Source of the DNA: Candidatus Latescibacterota bacterium
GTDB lineage: Bacteria > Latescibacterota > UBA2968 > SICM01
DNA length: 64,000 nt
NCBI GenBank assembly: GCA_965217865.1
Contig: CBDCJO010000002.1
Coordinates: forward strand, 2,400,001 to 2,464,000
Reading direction: 5' to 3'
Positions 59,528 to 64,000 of this stretch are shown piece by piece. Numbering within the stretch: the stretch's first letter is position 1; every line of letters begins with the position of its first letter. Below the pieces are notes generated by a model. That model was given only the letters and a program-made list of their open reading frames with translations, was not told where the DNA came from and did no database searches. The translations under genes were made by a program, and so were the position numbers.

Positions 59528-60019
59528 TTATATGGATGACAACAGCCCTTGGGAAGAGATCCTCCTGAATACCACCTCGGGACTCACGTTGAAATGATTC
59601 GCAAGCTGATCCATATTCTTGCATTGCTTTAATTCGAGTTTCAGATAATGTAGAGGTACAAGTAGCTCACCGGCGAATTCGTTCGCTTCGAGGTTAAAAT
59701 ACTTCACTTCCTCTTCAGATTGCTCGTCTTCCGGAGGATGTTCAAGATAGATGTGGCCGAGTTCGTGGCCTATGGAGAACCTTCTCCTGTGTGAGTGATG
59801 CCTCTTATTCACTCCAATAAGTTTCTCAGACAAGTCCACAATGGCCGAGTGTTTGTCCATCAGGCTTTCAAGGAGCACCACCTTGCAGCCATCAAACTTA
59901 GCTATATCACAGACAGGAATTGGCGGTCTGATATCACCTGCTCCTTTGCTGTATCTCGAAAGCAGACTCCGCGCTGCCGTCCTGCAGTAGCCTGTTCTTT
60001 TCCTTGGAAGTTCTTCCAT
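59528..60019 (-). CDS. ImmA/IrrE-family metallo-endopeptidase
   Basis: PPIPV, RRRFSIGHELGH, EANEFAGELLVP. Confidence 0.9.
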   Translation of the reverse strand: MEELPRKRTGYCRTAARSLLSRYSKGAGDIRPPIPVCDIAKFDGCKVVLLESLMDKHSAIVDLSEKLIGVNKRHHSHRRRFSIGHELGHIYLEHPPEDEQSEEEVKYFNLEANEFAGELLVPLHYLKLELKQCKNMDQLANHFNVSPEVVFRRISSQGLLSSI

Positions 60020-60209
60020 TAGCTCTTTTCCAACATCTCTCTCAGAGCCTGCAGATGCGATTCCAGATCATTATCTCTTTCTTCTGCTCTACCTTTGAGA
60101 AGCAGCTCCTCATAGGCGATTTTCATTGATTGCTCCTTCCCTTTGGCTCCCTCCCTAGAATCATACCTGGCAGCTCCTTTATATCTAGGTCCGATGTTGT
60201 GAAGCCTAT
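60019..60209 (-). pseudogene. 3' remnant of a gene translationally coupled to immA, cut by IS1182
   Basis: Open frame ..IAYEELLLKG..LQALREMLEKS* whose TAA overlaps the immA ATG. Confidence 0.5.
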
Positions 60210-61633
60210 CAGCCCGTTGAAGAACTACCTTTCAACGCACATAAACGGAAAAGACGCCTGGAGTGCGGGTCAGATAAATCAAGGTAAGGAGATTGAGCAG
60301 GAGACGCTGATAAGAGGTTAAAAAGGTGACCGAGGGCAGCAAAGCGTGATTGTAGGACGAGCAGTAGACGCTGCAAGGCCTTGGCCAGGTCCTGGAGGGC
60401 CTTCGGAGTACCTACGCCCATCACTTTGCGCATGAGCAGAGCCAGGTTGCAGCCCCCGATGTGGATCAGCAAACGCTTGAGGATATTGCCGCGGTCTCTC
60501 AAGTGCAACCTGCGCATGCCACCGGTATCATATGTGTGAGCGATGGTTCTTTCCACCCGTTCTGCACGACTTCGGCGCAAGGCCTTGCCGCGATCTCCCT
60601 TGATCCGGCGTCGATTCGCATATACCGCGGCCTGCTCATCTCGTCGGCCGTTCCACTTGCGGCGTCCCCGATCCGGTTCTGAAATGTAACTCCGGATGCC
60701 GCCTTGCTTCAGACTGGTCAATACATCGTTGCTATGATATCCTTTGTCCGCAACCACCTCCCGTATACGCTGTCTGTGCAAACGTTTGGCAGCTTTTTCG
60801 TCCTTCGCGACCTGCTTGAGATTGAGCTGCGCCTCGAGCAGCGTCCAGGGCAACGACTCGGTATCTCCTTCATCTGCTCCCGACAACGCCACTGCCACAA
60901 TGGCATTGGTGTCCAGATCCACCGCGTGCTCCACCTTGTGCGCCATGTGCGTGCGACCGTCCTTCATCTTAGCGATCTTGGCATCCGGGTCGTGCGGGTG
61001 CTCCCAGTCCTGGTTCGATCCCTTCTTCGGTCGCTTCTTATCGATCTTGGACAAGTCCTCGCGGGTAGGCGTTTCAATGCCCGAGGCCTTGGCCAGATTC
61101 TCAAGGAATGCCTGGTAGCCTTCACCCGTGTCACGGCGTACAATGCTGCGCATCGCGGCGTTGGCCTCCAGTGTCGTAGCATCCACGCCCAACGTCTTCC
61201 CCTTCACCAGACCCGCTTTGCACAAGACCCTCAGGATCCACTTGAAAACCGCTTCGTGAACTTCCAAGGGAAGCCGATGCCGGATGCGAGACAGGCTGGA
61301 ATGATCCGGGGTCTGTTCGTCAAGGGCATACCCCAAAAACCGGCGCAACGTCAGCGAGTCAGATACACGCCATTCGATCCCACGTTCCGAATCAAGTCCC
61401 TCGAAATACCCAATCAAAAGCATCCGAAAATAAACCCCGGGCGGAATGCCCTTGCGACCCATATGAGGAGCGTAATACCGCTGGCAAAGCCCCTCGACGA
61501 ACTCGTCGAAGCCGTTCGCCCCCAATACCTGATTCAGCTTCTCGTAGAACGGATGACCCGGAGATTTCACCAAAGTGTTCGATGCGATGTTCAGGTTTTC
61601 CTGTCTCTGTCGTCCTCGTTTTCCCATTGCCAT
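60209..61633 (-). CDS. IS1182-family transposase
   Basis: Protein identical to copy 1 except for the last residue. Confidence 0.9.
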   Translation of the reverse strand: MAMGKRGRQRQENLNIASNTLVKSPGHPFYEKLNQVLGANGFDEFVEGLCQRYYAPHMGRKGIPPGVYFRMLLIGYFEGLDSERGIEWRVSDSLTLRRFLGYALDEQTPDHSSLSRIRHRLPLEVHEAVFKWILRVLCKAGLVKGKTLGVDATTLEANAAMRSIVRRDTGEGYQAFLENLAKASGIETPTREDLSKIDKKRPKKGSNQDWEHPHDPDAKIAKMKDGRTHMAHKVEHAVDLDTNAIVAVALSGADEGDTESLPWTLLEAQLNLKQVAKDEKAAKRLHRQRIREVVADKGYHSNDVLTSLKQGGIRSYISEPDRGRRKWNGRRDEQAAVYANRRRIKGDRGKALRRSRAERVERTIAHTYDTGGMRRLHLRDRGNILKRLLIHIGGCNLALLMRKVMGVGTPKALQDLAKALQRLLLVLQSRFAALGHLFNLLSASPAQSPYLDLSDPHSRRLFRLCALKGSSSTG

Positions 61634-61736
61634 TTGCTCGTCCTCCCTTCTCAGTTTGAACCTGATATATCATAGGACCAAACCACAAGGAAAGACAACA
61701 GTCATCTTGGCATAAACGCACTTTTTCAACAGGCTG
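60210..61736 (-). mobile_element. IS1182-family element, copy 2 (1527 bp)
   Basis: Same IRs and essentially the same sequence as 34083-35609; flanks CTAT / ATAG. Confidence 0.9.
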
Positions 61737-62525
61737 ATAGGCTTGGATGATACCTGACATCGACGCAAACAACCGCTTTTTATCGCGATCCTTCCTGCTG
61801 AGTAAACCGTCAGGTTCTTGCAACCACTTTATAGTATTGTGAAGGAAATAGGCTAGGTCCATCATCGGCGTTCCGTAGCTGAAGTGATCGCAGTCTACGA
61901 TGCCAAGGACGCGGTCTTCGCTGCACACCACGTTGCCAGCGTGAAGATCACGATGTATTAGCTGGAGAGGCAAGTCGGTCAAGGTGGCTCGCATTTCGGC
62001 TTCCACACCATTAACAAACTCTGAGAGTTCATTCGCCTTTCCGACCTCAAGTACTCCCTTAAGACGGGAACTCCGCTCCAAAAACTCCCCCAATGGATCA
62101 TTCTTCCATGTCGTTGCCGCGAGTTCCAGGTTGGGGTAGTTTGCGAGGGAAACATGCAGTTGAGCGAAAGCCTTACCATACGAACGCATAAGATCCTCCG
62201 GCTTCCCAGGCTTTGGATCGTCATCAGAGATAAGACACGGTGAAAGGGTGAATCGCGTTCCTTCAATATCCACAGTCTGCTGACCATCTCTGGCTCGAAG
62301 AGGAACAGCAACCGGAACTCCCTGTGAGGCGAGATGACGTAGCAGGTCGAACTGAAGGTCGAGCCTTTCGTGCGCTCCCTCGCCGACGAGTTTGAGAATA
62401 AGATCATCGCCGTTGGCACGTCTGACTCTGAACACCTTTTCCGGGCTCAGTTCCTCCAGAGAATGGGCCTGCGATATGCCCCATGCCTGGAGAGCCGCTA
62501 ATGCTTTTTCACGAATAATCATCAT
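61737..62525 (-). pseudogene. Aminoglycoside phosphotransferase / type II homoserine kinase family, 3'-truncated by IS1182
   Basis: LILK, QLIHRDLHAGNV, GIVDCD, DLAY. Confidence 0.8.
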
Positions 62526-62540
62526 CAGAGAGGGGCATGG

Positions 62541-62621
62541 CCGCTAACGTTCCCGGCACCCACGAACCTGCCAAAGGCAGGTTGGGTCGGAGGCGTGTAT
62601 GCGCCGGAGCCGGGGGTGCCA
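62541..62621 (-). other. Partial attC-like site upstream of the phosphotransferase
   Basis: GTTAGCG core ~17 bp before the ATG; nested IRs GGCACCC/GGGTGCC and AACCTGCC/GGCAGGTT; inverse core not seen. Confidence 0.5.
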
Positions 62622-62624
62622 TGA

Positions 62625-64000
62625 TATTAATCTAAAGGCCCTCGTTGTCAGGAAAAGTTATTATTTGAGGTCCGGATATCTCAATAACCTTTCCACCACA
62701 GGAGGGCCTTATGCGATACGCGAAGATCGACTCCGACTATTTCTGTGGCATCGATCTCCACGCCAGAACCATGTATGTTTGTGTAATGAGTAAGATGGGG
62801 GAGATTGTGTTCCAGCGCAATCTGAAAAACGACTTCAAACTCTTACTGCAGGTGCTGGAAGCTCACCTCGGTAGCATCGCCGTCGGGGTGGAGTCAACCT
62901 TCAACTGGTACTGGCTGGCTGACGGATGTCACAAGGCCGGAATTCCATTCTACCTGGGACACGCCCTGTATATGAAGGCGATCCACGGGGGCAAAAAGAA
63001 GAACGACCGTCTCGATTCCAGAATGCTGGCAGAGCTGATGCGCTGCAACCTGTTCCCGATGGCCTATGCCTATCCGCAAGAGATGCGGGCAACCCGGGAC
63101 CTGCTCCGGCGAAGGCACCGGTTTGTGGCCTTACGGGCTGAGTGCTACACCCACATCCAGAACACCTTCTCTCAGCAGGCTATCCTGGATCCTCTCAGCG
63201 ACCAGGTCAAAAAGAAGACCAGCAGGAGAAAGCTGTGCGAACGTCTGGCCGACCCAGATCTGGGTATGTCTGTGGGCTGCGATCTGGACCTGGTTGACTC
63301 CCTGGACAAAATGATCTACAAAGTCGAGAAGCAAGTCCTTGCACAGGCCAAACATCACGATCGCAATGCCCTGTCTATCCTGATGACGGTTCCCGGACTT
63401 GGGGAGATGCTGGCCATGACCATCCTGTATGAAATCCACACGGTTGAACGGTTCAAATCCGCTTCAGCCTTCTCCTCCTACAGCCGGCTGATCAAAGTCG
63501 AGAGAGAGTCCGCTGGGAAGAAGACAAAGGACGGGAATAACAAAATCGGAAACTCACACCTAAAGTGGGCCTTCTCGGAAATCATCCTCGTGGCTCAGCG
63601 ATGGTCAGAACCGATCAATAGAAACTACGAGAAACTCAAGAGCAAACACGGTCCGGGAAAAGCCAAGAGCGTCATCGCTCATAAATTCGGCGTGGCCGCC
63701 TACCAAATGCTCAAAAGTGGCCAGGCATTCGACGAGAAACGGTTTGTAGCATAATGGGTGGGGCGGTTAACCCGGCAGCTAACTGGCAGGGCAACGTCCG
63801 GACAATAGCCCAGCTCTCCCGCTGTGATTGGGAAGCCGCCTTCACCCCTTATATAGAACATAGATGAGCGGATCTGAGACAGTCAGTCCGTCTGCCCCCG
63901 CGATGAACCCGAACCTAACCGATGGACCATCCGTCGTGTGAGCAGAGGAGGGCAAACAGGTCCCGCAGGGGAGATGTCATTCCAATTGTCTCCCCAAGGT
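62625..64000 (+). mobile_element. IS110-family element; boundaries approximate and right end possibly outside the window
   Basis: Transposase followed by a non-coding region of more than 240 bp. Confidence 0.7.
62711..63754 (+). CDS. IS110-family transposase (DEDD recombinase)
   Basis: GIDLH, VGVES, KKNDRLDS, TVPGLG, RESAGK, GNSHLKWAF; GGAGGG RBS. Confidence 0.92.
   Translation: MRYAKIDSDYFCGIDLHARTMYVCVMSKMGEIVFQRNLKNDFKLLLQVLEAHLGSIAVGVESTFNWYWLADGCHKAGIPFYLGHALYMKAIHGGKKKNDRLDSRMLAELMRCNLFPMAYAYPQEMRATRDLLRRRHRFVALRAECYTHIQNTFSQQAILDPLSDQVKKKTSRRKLCERLADPDLGMSVGCDLDLVDSLDKMIYKVEKQVLAQAKHHDRNALSILMTVPGLGEMLAMTILYEIHTVERFKSASAFSSYSRLIKVERESAGKKTKDGNNKIGNSHLKWAFSEIILVAQRWSEPINRNYEKLKSKHGPGKAKSVIAHKFGVAAYQMLKSGQAFDEKRFVA

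Noticed and set aside
61392-62525. 377-aa phosphotransferase with an unusual C-terminal domain
   Set aside because: Everything after QAY is read-through into the IS1182 end
1-64000. tRNA or rRNA genes
   Set aside because: No cloverleaf or rRNA signature was seen by eye; a tRNAscan/barrnap run would be needed to exclude them

Overview
Bacterial DNA, mostly ~55-60% GC by eye. FlgD-Ig/T9SS-type sorting tails, PorV-like, GWxTD, FG-GAP/ASPIC and FN3/cohesin proteins suggest an FCB-superphylum organism such as Latescibacterota (inference). 1-33 kb is mostly core: signalling (response regulators, FapA/DUF342, a CdaA-YbbR fusion, a CHASE2 adenylate cyclase), a surface-protein cluster interrupted by an IS3 element, an FlhG/MinD ATPase, a tandem-repeat protein and metabolic enzymes. 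33-64 kb is a heavily rearranged mobile/defence mosaic. It holds two near-identical IS1182 copies, IS630-type MITEs, IS110, IS256 and IS1595 pieces, and a shattered type I-G (I-U) CRISPR-Cas locus (cas3, csb2 and cas1 remnants, intact cas2, leader, one full and one partial repeat). It also holds an EndoIII-type glycosylase fused to a C5 methyltransferase, a deleted DUF499/SNF2/DUF1156 system, a Ubl-E2/E1-DUF6527 (Bub-like) operon, a 5'-truncated and strongly reduced RNA polymerase beta'-like gene, an ABC-F gene with a uORF/terminator leader, and a partial attC cassette. The most striking signal is an IS110 remnant whose non-coding end carries guide-like segments matching both the MITE terminus it sits in and its own end, as expected for a bridge RNA. 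Many genes carry homopolymer frameshifts and abrupt internal deletions, so sequencing or assembly chimerism cannot be excluded. All family calls come from motif recognition by eye; no database searches were run.
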